From assembly GCA_964544385.1 (NCBI GenBank), contig CAZJCR010000004.1:363-47997 (forward strand): a DNA stretch of 47,635 nucleotides. Reading direction: 5' to 3'. Both the position numbers and the translations under genes were made by a program. Positions 1 through 9,810 of this stretch are shown in pieces. Within the stretch, counting starts at the first letter, position 1. The number at the start of each line of letters is the position of its first letter. The notes beneath the pieces are model-generated. The model did no database searches and was not told where the DNA came from. It was given only the letters and a program-made list of their open reading frames with translations. The stretch comes from an uncultured Bacteroidales bacterium. GTDB lineage: Bacteria > Bacteroidota > Bacteroidia > Bacteroidales > SZUA-534.

Positions 1-611
1 CTATAGGTTTCTTCAACCTCGTTCCATAAATTCAAAATTAAATCGTCGGCCTTTTTGCGCAGCTCGGTAACCTTAGTTTGGCTTTTTGTATTCGATTCCT
101 GTAAATATTTTTGACTTTGATGAATACGTAAAAACTCCTCGAAATGAACCTTAACCCTGGCAATATTTGGGTTAGTAATAGGTGCCAACCCCGACAATGT
201 GCGTTGTTGTTCGCCATTTATTAGCTTGTTTCCCCATTCAATCACATCTTTTTCCGATGTTAATTGTGGTAATTTACACTCGTCCATATCTAACCCAAAT
301 ATTTTGCGTGTATCGGGTTTTAGCTCACCACGTATGATGGCAAAATTTAAAACCTGTATAAAATGCGATATATAAAGTTTTGCTTTTTTAAAACACTCGC
401 CATGCACCTTACTTTTATTTGTTTGCCTGTCGATAGCCTCTTTATACAATAATACCGATTGCTTAAACTCAGGGTAAAAATTTTTTATCGATTGGTATGT
501 CGAAACGCTGCAGGCCAACTCGTAAGGTGGTTTGCCATCGGCTTTGCGCAATGCCCTTTCCATTGCTCTTAGCCTTGCACTGTCGGTGTTTGGTAATCGT
601 CGGTATGGCAT
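1..611 (-). CDS. Hypothetical protein, 3' end cut by the window edge
   Basis: Minus-strand frame opens at the ATG at 609-611 and runs off the left edge. It is absent from the supplied track because no stop lies in the window. My translation begins MPYRRLPNTDSARLRAMERALRKADGKPPYELACSV. No family motif recognised. Confidence 0.5.
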   Translation of the reverse strand, partial: MPYRRLPNTDSARLRAMERALRKADGKPPYELACSVSTYQSIKNFYPEFKQSVLLYKEAIDRQTNKSKVHGECFKKAKLYISHFIQVLNFAIIRGELKPDTRKIFGLDMDECKLPQLTSEKDVIEWGNKLINGEQQRTLSGLAPITNPNIARVKVHFEEFLRIHQSQKYLQESNTKSQTKVTELRKKADDLILNLWNEVEETY

Positions 612-795
612 AAACAAAAATATTAACAATAATTTACGATGCACGAATATATTAAATATATTTTAACAAACAAACTATTCGCAAACTAAATTTGTTGTAT
701 TTCAATAATTTATAACTAATAAACCTTACACAAATAACAGTGCTAACTAATCTTAATTATTGATTAACAAATGATTTAACCATTAAAAACTACTA

Positions 796-880
796 CCAAA
801 ATTGGCTAATCGCTCAATCGATTTAGATTTTGTAAGCATTTCACTACACATAGTTTTTTAAAACATAACAAAATAAACAT
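796..880 (+). repeat. MITE-like repeat, copy A (left arm conserved, remainder degenerate)
   Basis: CCAAAATTGGCTAATCGCTCAATCGATTTAGATTTTGTAAGCATTTCACTACACATAG matches the left ~57 bp of the full-length copies (10980-11121, 41952-42092). The right part has decayed. Confidence 0.6.
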
Positions 881-1025
881 TTTATTTATACCCTATTATT
901 ACACTTGTACGTTATGCTTAAGCCAAACAACACAGGTAATAAACATGTTTTTAAAAACACATTATGTTTGGCTAAACAACATAAATATTAACTTTAACCA
1001 AAAAGTATTTTAACAATATTAATTT

Positions 1026-1442
1026 ATGAACAGGCTTGTGTTTTTTTTTACAATATTTTTAACATGCAATTTGTCGGCTCAAAAAAGGCCAAGGGTTACA
1101 AATATTGATGAACACGATTTTTTTGCATTAACCGACACTTGCAAAACTGCAGTAATTTTCGACGTTAGAGCTAACAATGCCTTTTACAAAAACAGGGTTA
1201 ATGGTGCATTTTATGTCGAAAACTCCGAAATTTTGGGCAAAATTACCGACACCCTTGATTTTAACACAGTTTTAGTATTATATTGCGAAGTGGGGCAACG
1301 TAGCAGTACAGCCTCCAAAATGCTTGTAAAAAAAGGGTTCAAAAAAGTATATAACTTAAAAAATGGTATCGACACTTATATTAACAAAGGATACAAAATT
1401 GATACATCGGCAATAAAAAGTTACAATATTAAAAAACAATAA
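1026..1442 (+). CDS. Rhodanese-like domain protein, secreted
   Basis: Signal peptide MNRLVFFFTIFLTCNLSAQ. Rhodanese active-site loop context VLYCEVGQRSSTASKML followed by VYNLKNGIDTY. Confidence 0.75.
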   Translation: MNRLVFFFTIFLTCNLSAQKRPRVTNIDEHDFFALTDTCKTAVIFDVRANNAFYKNRVNGAFYVENSEILGKITDTLDFNTVLVLYCEVGQRSSTASKMLVKKGFKKVYNLKNGIDTYINKGYKIDTSAIKSYNIKKQ

Positions 1443-1455
1443 TTGCTTAATTATT

Positions 1456-2151
1456 ATGGCAAAAAAACTATTAGTTGTTTTAACCGGAGCCGGCATTAGT
1501 GCCGAGAGCGGGTTAACCACTTTTCGCGATAACGGGGGACTTTGGGACAAATATAAAATTGAAGATGTTGCCACTCCAGAAGCATTTTACAAAAACCCTG
1601 CTTTAGTGCTCGAGTTTTACAACCAGCGACGCACCCAGCTTGCAACTGTTAAACCTAACCCTGCACATTATAACTTAGCTAAACTGCAAAACATTTTTAA
1701 TGTAAATATTATAACCCAAAATGTCGATAATTTACACGAGCAGGCTGGCAGTAATAATGTTTTACACCTGCATGGCGAGCTTACAAAAGTGCGTAGCTCA
1801 AAATACGAAAACCTTGTTTACGACATTGGAACATCGGAGATAAAAATTGGCGACAAATGCGAAAAAGGCTGCCAGCTTAGGCCCCATATTGTTTGGTTTG
1901 GCGAACCCGTACCTAACATCGAAAAAGCAATTGACATTGTTTCGGTTGCCGATATTTTTTTAGTAATTGGCACATCGCTAAACGTTTACCCGGCAGCCGG
2001 TTTAATAAATTACGTAAAGCCTGGCGTACCAAAATTTATTATCGACCCAAACGAAATTACATTACCATCAAAACTTAATTTTAAATTTATAAAAGCAACT
2101 GCTGTTGATGGAACAACCACATTAATTGAACAACTAAAAAACTATGCCTGA
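1456..2151 (+). CDS. cobB: NAD-dependent protein deacylase, Sir2/CobB family
   Basis: Motifs LTGAGISAESGLTTFRDNGGLW, QNVDNLHEQAG, HLHGEL and IVWFGE; 231 aa. Confidence 0.9.
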   Translation: MAKKLLVVLTGAGISAESGLTTFRDNGGLWDKYKIEDVATPEAFYKNPALVLEFYNQRRTQLATVKPNPAHYNLAKLQNIFNVNIITQNVDNLHEQAGSNNVLHLHGELTKVRSSKYENLVYDIGTSEIKIGDKCEKGCQLRPHIVWFGEPVPNIEKAIDIVSVADIFLVIGTSLNVYPAAGLINYVKPGVPKFIIDPNEITLPSKLNFKFIKATAVDGTTTLIEQLKNYA

Positions 2152-2758
2152 AAATTACTGTAAAATATACATTTTTACTATTACACTGCTTTTTAACTGT
2201 ATAGGTAATATAACATTTGCACAAGAGTTTAAAGCCGGTATTTATGCCGGTATGTCGGCATGCCAGCTCGATGGCGACCGATATAGCGGTTACAATAAAG
2301 CTGGTATTACAGGCGGCGTTTTTGTTAACAGGCTTTTTAACACAAAAATTGCTTACCAACTTGGTTTACGATATGCACAAAAAGGAAGCAGCAGGGTTGA
2401 CAACAAAAACAACGTATTTTATAAATCGGACCTGCATTATGCCGAATTACCTGTGTCTGTTCGCTATTATCACTATAAAAAATTAGATTTTGAAGCAGGC
2501 ATTAGCCTGAACTACCTTATAAAAGCCCGCGAAGACAAAACATCGTACGGATATACCGATGCAAACCCGGCTTTTAACAAATTCGAGGTTGGCGGTTTTG
2601 CCGGTATAAATTACAATTTTACCAACAAATGGCTTTTAATGGCTCACTTTTGTTACTCGCTAACAGCGGCAAGGCCTTACTCAAGCAATTACGAGAGGTT
2701 TATGGACAAAGGACAACACAATAATGTTATTGCTTTTACTATTGCTCGTTATTTATAA
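2144..2758 (+). CDS. Outer-membrane beta-barrel protein (porin-family / PorT-like), putative
   Basis: Signal peptide ending TFAQ, alternating amphipathic strand pattern, Tyr/Gly-rich, ~200 aa. Overlaps the cobB stop by 8 nt. Confidence 0.5.
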   Translation: MPENYCKIYIFTITLLFNCIGNITFAQEFKAGIYAGMSACQLDGDRYSGYNKAGITGGVFVNRLFNTKIAYQLGLRYAQKGSSRVDNKNNVFYKSDLHYAELPVSVRYYHYKKLDFEAGISLNYLIKAREDKTSYGYTDANPAFNKFEVGGFAGINYNFTNKWLLMAHFCYSLTAARPYSSNYERFMDKGQHNNVIAFTIARYL

Positions 2759-2776
2759 ACAGTAAAAAATTAATAT

Positions 2777-4300
2777 ATGCCACTTTTTAAAACAATATTA
2801 AGCTGGATTACTATTAAACGAATGAACGAAATTGATTTGTTCAGAAAATACCCCGCCGACGTGCAACGCGATACCCTTGAATCGTTACTTTCGTTAGCAT
2901 CGGATACCGAATTTGGAACAAAACACAATTTTGCAGATATAAAATCATTCGACGAATTTAGGAAACAAGTACCTCTGCAACAATACGACGACATAAAACC
3001 ATATGTCGAACGCCTTCGCAACGGCGAGAACAATGTTCTGTGGCCAGGCGAAATTAAATGGTTTGCAAAATCGTCGGGCACAACAAACGATAAAAGCAAA
3101 TTTATACCCGTTAGCCAGGAGGCTCTCGACGACTGCCACATGCGCGGCGGTAAAGACGTTTTATTTATTAACGATTTTTTATACCCAAACAGCCGTGTGC
3201 TTAAAGGCAAAAGCCTTATTGTTGGTGGAAGCCACAAAATTAACAACTTTAGTAACGAATCGTATTACGGCGATTTGTCGGCAATACTAATTGAGAACAT
3301 CCCTTTTTATGCCGAGTTTTACCGCACCCCAAAATCGTCGATAGCATTAATGGAAAATTGGGAAGAAAAGCTCGAAAAAATGGCCGAAGCTACAATTAAA
3401 GAAAACGTTACAAACATTTCGGGTGTACCATCGTGGACTTTAGTGCTTATTGAACGAATATTAAAAATATCGGGCAAAAATAATTTACTCGACGTTTGGC
3501 CAAACCTCGAACTTTTTATACATGGCGGCATAAGCTTTTTACCATACAAAGAGCAATATAAACAGGTTATTCCAAACCCCGACATGCACTACATCGAAAC
3601 CTATAACGCCAGCGAAGGTTTTTTTGGCATACAAGACAACCCCTTTGACAACTCAATGCTACTAATGCTCGATTACGGTATTTATTACGAGTTTATTCCA
3701 ATGGACATGTTCCACTCACACAACCCCCCGGCTTTAAATGTCGACGAAGTAACAACAAATGTAAATTATGCCGTTGTAATTAGCACAAACAGCGGTTTAT
3801 GGCGGTATATTATTGGCGATACAATTATGTTCACCAGCCTTAAACCCCACAAATTTATTATTACCGGACGTACAAAACACTTTATAAATGCCTTTGGCGA
3901 AGAGCTTATTGTTGACAATGCCGACAAAGCCATACGCATTGCCTGCGATAAAACCAAAGCAAAAGTACTTGAATACACAGCAGCACCGGTTTTTATGCAA
4001 GTTGGCAAACAAGGAGCACACGAGTGGATAATTGAATTCGAAACTTTGCCAAACGATATTGACTATTTTACCTACATGCTCGACGAGGCTCTTAAAACCG
4101 TAAACTCCGACTACGAGGCAAAACGATTTAAAAACTACAACCTCGACATGCCTATTGTACACCCGGTTAAAAAAGGAACTTTCCACACATGGCTAAAAAA
4201 TAACGGTAAACTTGGTGGCCAGCATAAAATACCTCGTTTATCGAACAACCGTCAATATGTTGAACAAATAATTAAAATGATTGAAAACAATAATCAATAA
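2777..4300 (+). CDS. GH3 auxin-responsive-promoter family protein (adenylate-forming fold)
   Basis: FGTKHNF..FRKQVPLQQYDDIKPYVERL and FAKSSGTTNDKSKFIPVS near the N-terminus. The 507-aa length is typical of bacterial GH3-family proteins. Confidence 0.8.
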   Translation: MPLFKTILSWITIKRMNEIDLFRKYPADVQRDTLESLLSLASDTEFGTKHNFADIKSFDEFRKQVPLQQYDDIKPYVERLRNGENNVLWPGEIKWFAKSSGTTNDKSKFIPVSQEALDDCHMRGGKDVLFINDFLYPNSRVLKGKSLIVGGSHKINNFSNESYYGDLSAILIENIPFYAEFYRTPKSSIALMENWEEKLEKMAEATIKENVTNISGVPSWTLVLIERILKISGKNNLLDVWPNLELFIHGGISFLPYKEQYKQVIPNPDMHYIETYNASEGFFGIQDNPFDNSMLLMLDYGIYYEFIPMDMFHSHNPPALNVDEVTTNVNYAVVISTNSGLWRYIIGDTIMFTSLKPHKFIITGRTKHFINAFGEELIVDNADKAIRIACDKTKAKVLEYTAAPVFMQVGKQGAHEWIIEFETLPNDIDYFTYMLDEALKTVNSDYEAKRFKNYNLDMPIVHPVKKGTFHTWLKNNGKLGGQHKIPRLSNNRQYVEQIIKMIENNNQ

Positions 4301-5081
4301 CAAGTTAATTATAATAACTGCACTTATACTGTTTTTTATTAGCAGTACAATAGCACAAAATATTACCAATGTTAATGTCAGCGCAAATTTTATCGACACC
4401 GACTCTCAAAACAATATTTATTTGGTAAGCGGTAAGCTATTGCAAAAATACGATACCAACGGAAAACTGTTGTACCAATACAGCAACGCCTTTTTAGGTA
4501 ACATTTCGGCTATCGATGTTACAAACCATTTAAAAATTTTACTTTTTTATTACAACACCCAAACAATAGTTTTTCTTAACCGCCAGTTAGCAATAATTGG
4601 CTCACCAGTAAACCTTAACAATTTAACATACAACAATGTACAATTAGCATGTAATAACATCGACGGTGGCTTTTGGGTTTTCGAACAATCAGACAACACA
4701 CTGGTAAATTATTCGCTATCGATGGTAAAAACCCACCAAAGCAACAGTATTATTAGCTACTTTAATAACCAAAACCCCCTATTTTTAATCCAGGCTGGCC
4801 AAAACTTGTATTTAAGCCTTACAAACAAAGTACTCGTTTTCGACCTGTATGGAACGTACATAAATACAATACAAATAAACTCAACAACAAAACCATCAAT
4901 TACACAATCAAATATTTTTTACTACAACGAGCATGGCTACTTTAAACACAATACAATAACAAACAACACCACAAAAATAAATATTAACAATACCATTGGC
5001 ATTTTTGATGTTAAACCATTACAAAACGGCTATTGCCTGATGCTTGAAAACAAACTATCGATAACACAACATAAGCAATAA
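4281..5081 (+). CDS. Hypothetical secreted protein, Asn-rich
   Basis: TTG start overlapping the GH3 stop. Signal peptide LILFFISSTIAQN. No recognisable motif. Confidence 0.45.
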   Translation: MKTIINNKLIIITALILFFISSTIAQNITNVNVSANFIDTDSQNNIYLVSGKLLQKYDTNGKLLYQYSNAFLGNISAIDVTNHLKILLFYYNTQTIVFLNRQLAIIGSPVNLNNLTYNNVQLACNNIDGGFWVFEQSDNTLVNYSLSMVKTHQSNSIISYFNNQNPLFLIQAGQNLYLSLTNKVLVFDLYGTYINTIQINSTTKPSITQSNIFYYNEHGYFKHNTITNNTTKININNTIGIFDVKPLQNGYCLMLENKLSITQHKQ

Positions 5082-5091
5082 AAAAAAATAT

Positions 5092-5121
5092 AAACCGTTT
5101 GATGTTATCAAAGGGGTTTTT
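5092..5121 (+). terminator. Possible rho-independent terminator
   Basis: AAACCGTTTGAT-GTT-ATCAAAGGGGTTTTT is an imperfect stem followed by a T-run, 11 nt after the stop at 5081. Confidence 0.4.
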
Positions 5122-5157
5122 CGAATATAACTAAACAAAATTTATTGTACCACCAAT

Positions 5158-6312
5158 ATGAAATTTTTCAATTTTTACAATTACAAACGTCAATGGAAAT
5201 TTATCATATTTTTTATGGCTATTACCATTGGCGCTCTGTCGTTGGTTTACACTAACATTTTGGTAAAAAAATTAAAAACCGAAGAGCGCGTAAAAATTGA
5301 AATGTGGGCCGAGGCCACACGTTCAATAGCTATTGTCGACGATATAACAAACGACATAAGCTTTTATCTTAAAGTTATAACCAACAATAAAACCATACCG
5401 GTAATACTAACCGACAAAAACGACAGCATAATATCGCACATAAATTTACCCGATATTAACGAACCCGGGTTTTACCAAAAAAACCTCAAAAAAATGAAAA
5501 CCGAAAAAGAACCAATAATTATTGATTTACCCGAAGGAAACCAAAACCGCATATATTACACCGATTCAACAATATTAAAACAACTATCAGCATTTCCTTA
5601 TATCCAATTAGCCATAATAACTGTATTTATATTTATATCGTACTTTGCCTTTAGCCGCGCCCGCAGCGACGAACAAAACCGGGTTTGGGTAGGAATGTCA
5701 AAAGAAACAGCGCACCAACTTGGAACACCAATATCGTCGTTAATGGCCTGGATAAACATACTTGGACAAACCGAAACAAACACACCCTACATAGCTGAAA
5801 TGGAGAAAGACATCTTCCGTTTACAAACAATAACCGAGCGTTTCTCAAAAATTGGTTCACAACCCAGCCTGCATGTCGAAAGTTTAGTTAATGTAATTGA
5901 AAACGCTATAAACTACATGAAAACCCGCACATCAAAAAACATAAATTTTATAACCAACTACGAAGTAAAATCAGAAGTACTTTTACCACTTAACCGGTCG
6001 CTATTTAACTGGGTTATCGAAAACCTTGTAAAAAACTCTGTTGATGCCATGGATGGAAAAGGCACAATAAAAATAAAAATAACTGAAACCGACAAAGAAG
6101 CACACATTGAAATAGCCGACACCGGCAAAGGCATACCAAAATCGAAACACAAAGCAATTTTTAACCCCGGGTACACCTCAAAAGACCGTGGCTGGGGATT
6201 AGGCCTTTCGTTAACTAAACGCATAATTAAGAACTACCATAATGGCAAAATATTTGTAGCTGCATCGGACCAAAACCAGGGAACAACTTTTAAAATAATT
6301 TTACCAAAGTAA
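5158..6312 (+). CDS. Sensor histidine kinase (two TM segments, HisKA + HATPase_c)
   Basis: H-box ETAHQLGTPISSL, N-box ENLVKNSVDAM, G-boxes DTGKGIP and GWGLGLSL. Confidence 0.85.
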   Translation: MKFFNFYNYKRQWKFIIFFMAITIGALSLVYTNILVKKLKTEERVKIEMWAEATRSIAIVDDITNDISFYLKVITNNKTIPVILTDKNDSIISHINLPDINEPGFYQKNLKKMKTEKEPIIIDLPEGNQNRIYYTDSTILKQLSAFPYIQLAIITVFIFISYFAFSRARSDEQNRVWVGMSKETAHQLGTPISSLMAWINILGQTETNTPYIAEMEKDIFRLQTITERFSKIGSQPSLHVESLVNVIENAINYMKTRTSKNINFITNYEVKSEVLLPLNRSLFNWVIENLVKNSVDAMDGKGTIKIKITETDKEAHIEIADTGKGIPKSKHKAIFNPGYTSKDRGWGLGLSLTKRIIKNYHNGKIFVAASDQNQGTTFKIILPK

Positions 6313-6421
6313 TTATCAGCATATTAGCACAATACAAGCAAATTTGTTTATTTTTAATCGTTTTAATTAAATACAAAAAGTAAATTTGCCCGCTATTTTT
6401 TTTATTTAAGCAATTTGTTTT

Positions 6422-6429
6422 TACTTTTG
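6422..6429 (+). promoter_or_regulatory. Bacteroidota-type -7 promoter box TACTTTTG (TAnnTTTG)
   Basis: Exact match to the TAnnTTTG consensus, 19 nt upstream of the ATG at 6448. It is part of a 10-mer TTACTTTTGC that recurs at 11831 and 26851. No good -33 TTG at canonical spacing. Confidence 0.5.
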
Positions 6430-6447
6430 CACGAATTTTTTTACAAC

Positions 6448-6966
6448 ATGTTAGTTGATATAAACATTCCTTTTAAAGATTTTTCAGACGGTAATTATAC
6501 TTTTGAGTACACAATTACCGACACGTTCTTTGAACAATTTCCCGAGTCAGAAATAAAGCAGGGGCATGTAAATGCCAAAGTTGATTTTATAAAAAAGCAC
6601 AACGGTTTCGAACTTACAATTACAATTAAAGGATTTGTAGTTGTTGAATGTGACAGGTGCCTTGACCCTTATCAACAAAAAATTGAAAACACCGGAAAGC
6701 TTTATTTCGAGTATGGCAGTGTATCCGAAGAAGTATCAGACGAATTAATAATTATTTCGGAGAACGAAAACACCATCGACATTGGGCAATATATAAATGA
6801 ATTTATACATTTGGCATTACCAATGAAGCGCGTGCACCCTGACGACGAAAATGGCAATACAACATGTAACCCCGCCATGATAAAAAAACTTAGCGGGTTA
6901 AAAGCAAATAACAAAAATGAGATAAAAGACCCCCGATGGGGCAAATTAAACGATTTATTGAACTAA
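6448..6966 (+). CDS. DUF177 / YceD-family protein
   Basis: Conserved position immediately upstream of rpmF. CDRCL motif and acidic segments. I prefer the ATG at 6448 (MLVDINIPFKDF) over the track start at 6415, because the -7 box lies inside the longer ORF. Confidence 0.7.
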   Translation: MLVDINIPFKDFSDGNYTFEYTITDTFFEQFPESEIKQGHVNAKVDFIKKHNGFELTITIKGFVVVECDRCLDPYQQKIENTGKLYFEYGSVSEEVSDELIIISENENTIDIGQYINEFIHLALPMKRVHPDDENGNTTCNPAMIKKLSGLKANNKNEIKDPRWGKLNDLLN

Positions 6967-6983
6967 TTTAAAAGCGATTTAAA

Positions 6984-7169
6984 ATGGCACATCCAAAGCA
7001 CAGACATTCAAAAACCAGAAGGGACAAGAGGAGAACGCATTATAAAGCTGTTGCACCTACCATTTCGAAATGTTCAAATTGCGGCGCAGGCGTACGCTAC
7101 CACCATGTTTGCCCCGAGTGTGGTTACTACCGTGGTAAACAAGCTATTGAGAAAGAAGTTACAGCATAG
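6984..7169 (+). CDS. rpmF: 50S ribosomal protein L32
   Basis: MAHPKHRHSKTRRDKRRTHYK N-terminus, a CxxC..CxxC zinc ribbon, 61 aa. Conserved rpmF-plsX-fabH order. Confidence 0.95.
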   Translation: MAHPKHRHSKTRRDKRRTHYKAVAPTISKCSNCGAGVRYHHVCPECGYYRGKQAIEKEVTA

Positions 7170-7198
7170 TAGCATACCAATTTACCAGAATTCTTTAT

Positions 7199-8140
7199 AT
7201 GAGGATAGGTGTTGATGTAATGGGTGGCGATTACGCCCCCGAAGCAGTTGTATTGGGTGCAATATTAGCACAAAAAGAGCTTGCAAACGACGACAAATTA
7301 GTTTTGATTGGCGACAAAACTAAAATTGTTGAAATTTGTGAACGCGAAAAGTTCGACCATTCGGTATTCGAAATTATTCATACTACCGAATATATCGGTA
7401 TGTGCGAACACCCGGCAAAAGCTTTCGCGGCAAAACCAAACTCATCAATGGCAATTGGTTTTGGCATGCTCCATAAAAAACTTATCGACGGGTTTGCAAG
7501 TGCCGGTAGCACCGGTGCAATGTTAGTTGGTACAATGTACACTATTAAAGCAATACCCGGTGTTATAAGGCCTTGCATATCGACCGAACTGCCACAACTT
7601 CGCGAAGTACCAGCTTTATTGCTCGACGTTGGCATTAACCCCGATTGCCGGCCCGATGTTTTATACCAATATGGCGTTTTAGGCAGCGTTTATGCAAAAA
7701 ATGTTTATGGCATCGAGAACCCTAAAGTTGCACTCCTTAATATTGGCACCGAAGACCAAAAAGGAAACCTTGTTGTTAAAGGTGCTTTTGATATTATGAA
7801 AGATTCAAAAGACTTTAATTTTATTGGTAACATTGAAGGAAACCACCTGTTTGGCGATTGCCCGGCCGACGTTGTTGTTTGCGACGGGTTTACAGGTAAC
7901 ATTGTACTTAAACAGGCCGAAGGTTTATATAAAATAATAAAACAACGCGGCAAAACCGACGAGTTTTTTGAACGTTTTAACGCCGAAAATTATGGCGGAA
8001 CCCCCGTACTTGGAGTTAATTCAACTGTTATTATTGCCCATGGCGCATCAAACGATGTTACAATTAAAGCAATGATACTTAAAACCCGTTCAGTAATTGA
8101 AGCAAAAGTTTCAGAACGACTAATTGAAATATATCAGTAA
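7199..8140 (+). CDS. plsX: Phosphate acyltransferase PlsX
   Basis: [13 protein letters not shown]-terminus, [10 protein letters not shown], and [13 protein letters not shown] near the C-terminal third. Confidence 0.95.
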   Translation: MRIGVDVMGGDYAPEAVVLGAILAQKELANDDKLVLIGDKTKIVEICEREKFDHSVFEIIHTTEYIGMCEHPAKAFAAKPNSSMAIGFGMLHKKLIDGFASAGSTGAMLVGTMYTIKAIPGVIRPCISTELPQLREVPALLLDVGINPDCRPDVLYQYGVLGSVYAKNVYGIENPKVALLNIGTEDQKGNLVVKGAFDIMKDSKDFNFIGNIEGNHLFGDCPADVVVCDGFTGNIVLKQAEGLYKIIKQRGKTDEFFERFNAENYGGTPVLGVNSTVIIAHGASNDVTIKAMILKTRSVIEAKVSERLIEIYQ

Positions 8141-9144
8141 TGAGCAAAATAAGGGCACAAATTACAGGTGTTGGGGCTTATGTACCCGAATACATCCTCG
8201 ATAATCATGAACTTAGCCGTATGGTTGACACCAGCGACGAATGGATTATGTCACGTGTTGGTATTAAAGAACGCCATATTTTAAAAGAAGAAAACGAAGG
8301 CGCATCATTTATGGGTGCTCGCGCAGTTAAACAACTTTTAGAAAAAACACGAACGTCGGCCGATGATATTGATTTGATTATTTGTGCCACTGTTACTCCC
8401 GATATGCCGTTCCCGGCCACAGCAAGTATAATTGCCGACAAGGTAGGTATTAAAAATGCTTTCCATTTCGATATTAACGCTGGTTGTTCGGGTTTTATAT
8501 ATACACTTATTACTGCATCAAAATTTATCGAATCAGGTCAATACAAAAAAGTTATAGTTGTTGGTGCCGAAAAAATGTCGGCAATTACTAATTATAACGA
8601 CCGTACAACATGCCCATTGTTTGGCGATGCATCGGCAGCAATTTTGCTCGAACCTACTACCAGCGATTTTGCTGTTATGGATTACATTGCCCGTAGCGAC
8701 GGCATGGGACGCAAACATTTATACATGAAAGCAGGCGGCTCGTGCTACCCTGCATCTGAAAAAACCGTTGCTGAAAAAATGCACTACATTTATCAGGAGG
8801 GGCAAACAGTTTTTAAACATGCCGTTTCGAACATGGCCGATGTATCGGTTGAAATAATGGAACGCAACAACTTAACATCAGACGATATTACCTGGTTAGT
8901 TCCACACCAGGCTAATTTGCGCATTATTGAAGCTACCGCCAAACGCATGAACCTTAACCCCGAAAAGGTTATGATTAATATACAACGATATGGAAACACC
9001 ACATCGGCAACTATACCTTTATGTATTTGGGAATGGGAGAAACAGCTTAAAAAAGGCGACAACCTAATATTATCGGCTTTTGGTGCCGGTTTTACCTGGG
9101 GAACTATTTATGTAAAATGGGCCTACGATGGCGATAAAGTATAA
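8140..9144 (+). CDS. fabH: 3-oxoacyl-ACP synthase III
   Basis: [16 protein letters not shown], active-site context [26 protein letters not shown]. Start overlaps the plsX stop (ATGA). Confidence 0.95.
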   Translation: MSKIRAQITGVGAYVPEYILDNHELSRMVDTSDEWIMSRVGIKERHILKEENEGASFMGARAVKQLLEKTRTSADDIDLIICATVTPDMPFPATASIIADKVGIKNAFHFDINAGCSGFIYTLITASKFIESGQYKKVIVVGAEKMSAITNYNDRTTCPLFGDASAAILLEPTTSDFAVMDYIARSDGMGRKHLYMKAGGSCYPASEKTVAEKMHYIYQEGQTVFKHAVSNMADVSVEIMERNNLTSDDITWLVPHQANLRIIEATAKRMNLNPEKVMINIQRYGNTTSATIPLCIWEWEKQLKKGDNLILSAFGAGFTWGTIYVKWAYDGDKV

Positions 9145-9165
9145 TTAACTACAAAAATAAATGTT

Positions 9166-9543
9166 ATGGCAAAAAACCTTGAAACAGAACAAAAACAAAT
9201 AAATATTATTGGTGCCGGAACAAGTATTATTGGTGATATAAACTGCTCAGGCGATATCCGTATCGACGGCAATTTATCGGGGAATTTGAATGTTCAGGGT
9301 AAAGTAGTTATTGGTACTTCAGGTAATATTAAAGGCTCAATTATTTGCAAAAACTGCGAGGTTGAAGGAAAAATTGAAGGGAAAATATCGGTTAATGAAC
9401 TTTTATCGCTAAAAAGCACATCATCAATTTTAGGCGACATTATTACTCGCAAATTAGGTATTGAACCTGGCTCAGTTTTTACCGGCAACTGCAAAATGAA
9501 CCAAACAGCCGAGCCAATAATAAATGACGACAAAAAGAAATAA
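9166..9543 (+). CDS. Bactofilin-family polymer-forming cytoskeletal protein
   Basis: Repetitive beta-helix pattern IIGDINCSGDIRIDGNLSGNLNVQGKVVIGTSGNIKGSIICKNCEVEGKIEG. Confidence 0.75.
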   Translation: MAKNLETEQKQINIIGAGTSIIGDINCSGDIRIDGNLSGNLNVQGKVVIGTSGNIKGSIICKNCEVEGKIEGKISVNELLSLKSTSSILGDIITRKLGIEPGSVFTGNCKMNQTAEPIINDDKKK

Positions 9544-9745
9544 CAATAATAACATAAACGGTTATGCCAAGTATTCGGGAATGGTTTTCCAAATGCTTGG
9601 CATTATTGTTTTAGGAGTTTTTGGTGGCAAAAAACTCGACAGTTATTTTGAGTATAATTTTCCAGTATTCACTGTAGTTTTATCGTTATTATCGGTTTTT
9701 GCAGCTTTATATGTTGTTTTAAAAGATTTTATAAAACCTAAATAA
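9524..9745 (+). CDS. AtpZ/AtpI-like small membrane protein (putative)
   Basis: 73 aa, two TM helices, YAKYSGMVFQMLGIIVLGVFGGKKLD resembles AtpZ/AtpI-family proteins. No atp genes follow. Confidence 0.45.
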   Translation: MTTKRNNNNNINGYAKYSGMVFQMLGIIVLGVFGGKKLDSYFEYNFPVFTVVLSLLSVFAALYVVLKDFIKPK

Positions 9746-9751
9746 TTATTA

Positions 9752-9808
9752 CCCAAATTTTACCTAAGTAAATAACTTTTTAGCTTTTCTTTAACTGCTC
9801 AACTTAGC
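9752..9808 (+). repeat. MITE-like repeat, copy K (left terminus fused to right-hand hairpin module)
   Basis: CCCAAATT + TTACCTAAGTAAA...AACTGCTCAACTTAGC. Compare the full-length right module ACCTAAGTAAAGCG..CCGCTCAACTTAGG. Lies between convergent stops at 9745 and 9811. Confidence 0.5.
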
Positions 9809-9810
9809 TT

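Noticed and set aside
946-959. Perfect 14-bp palindrome TGTTTTTAAAAACA in the divergent intergenic region upstream of the rhodanese gene, as a possible operator.
   Set aside because: It consists almost entirely of A/T in a very AT-rich spacer and is not repeated elsewhere in the window. It is not distinguishable from chance.
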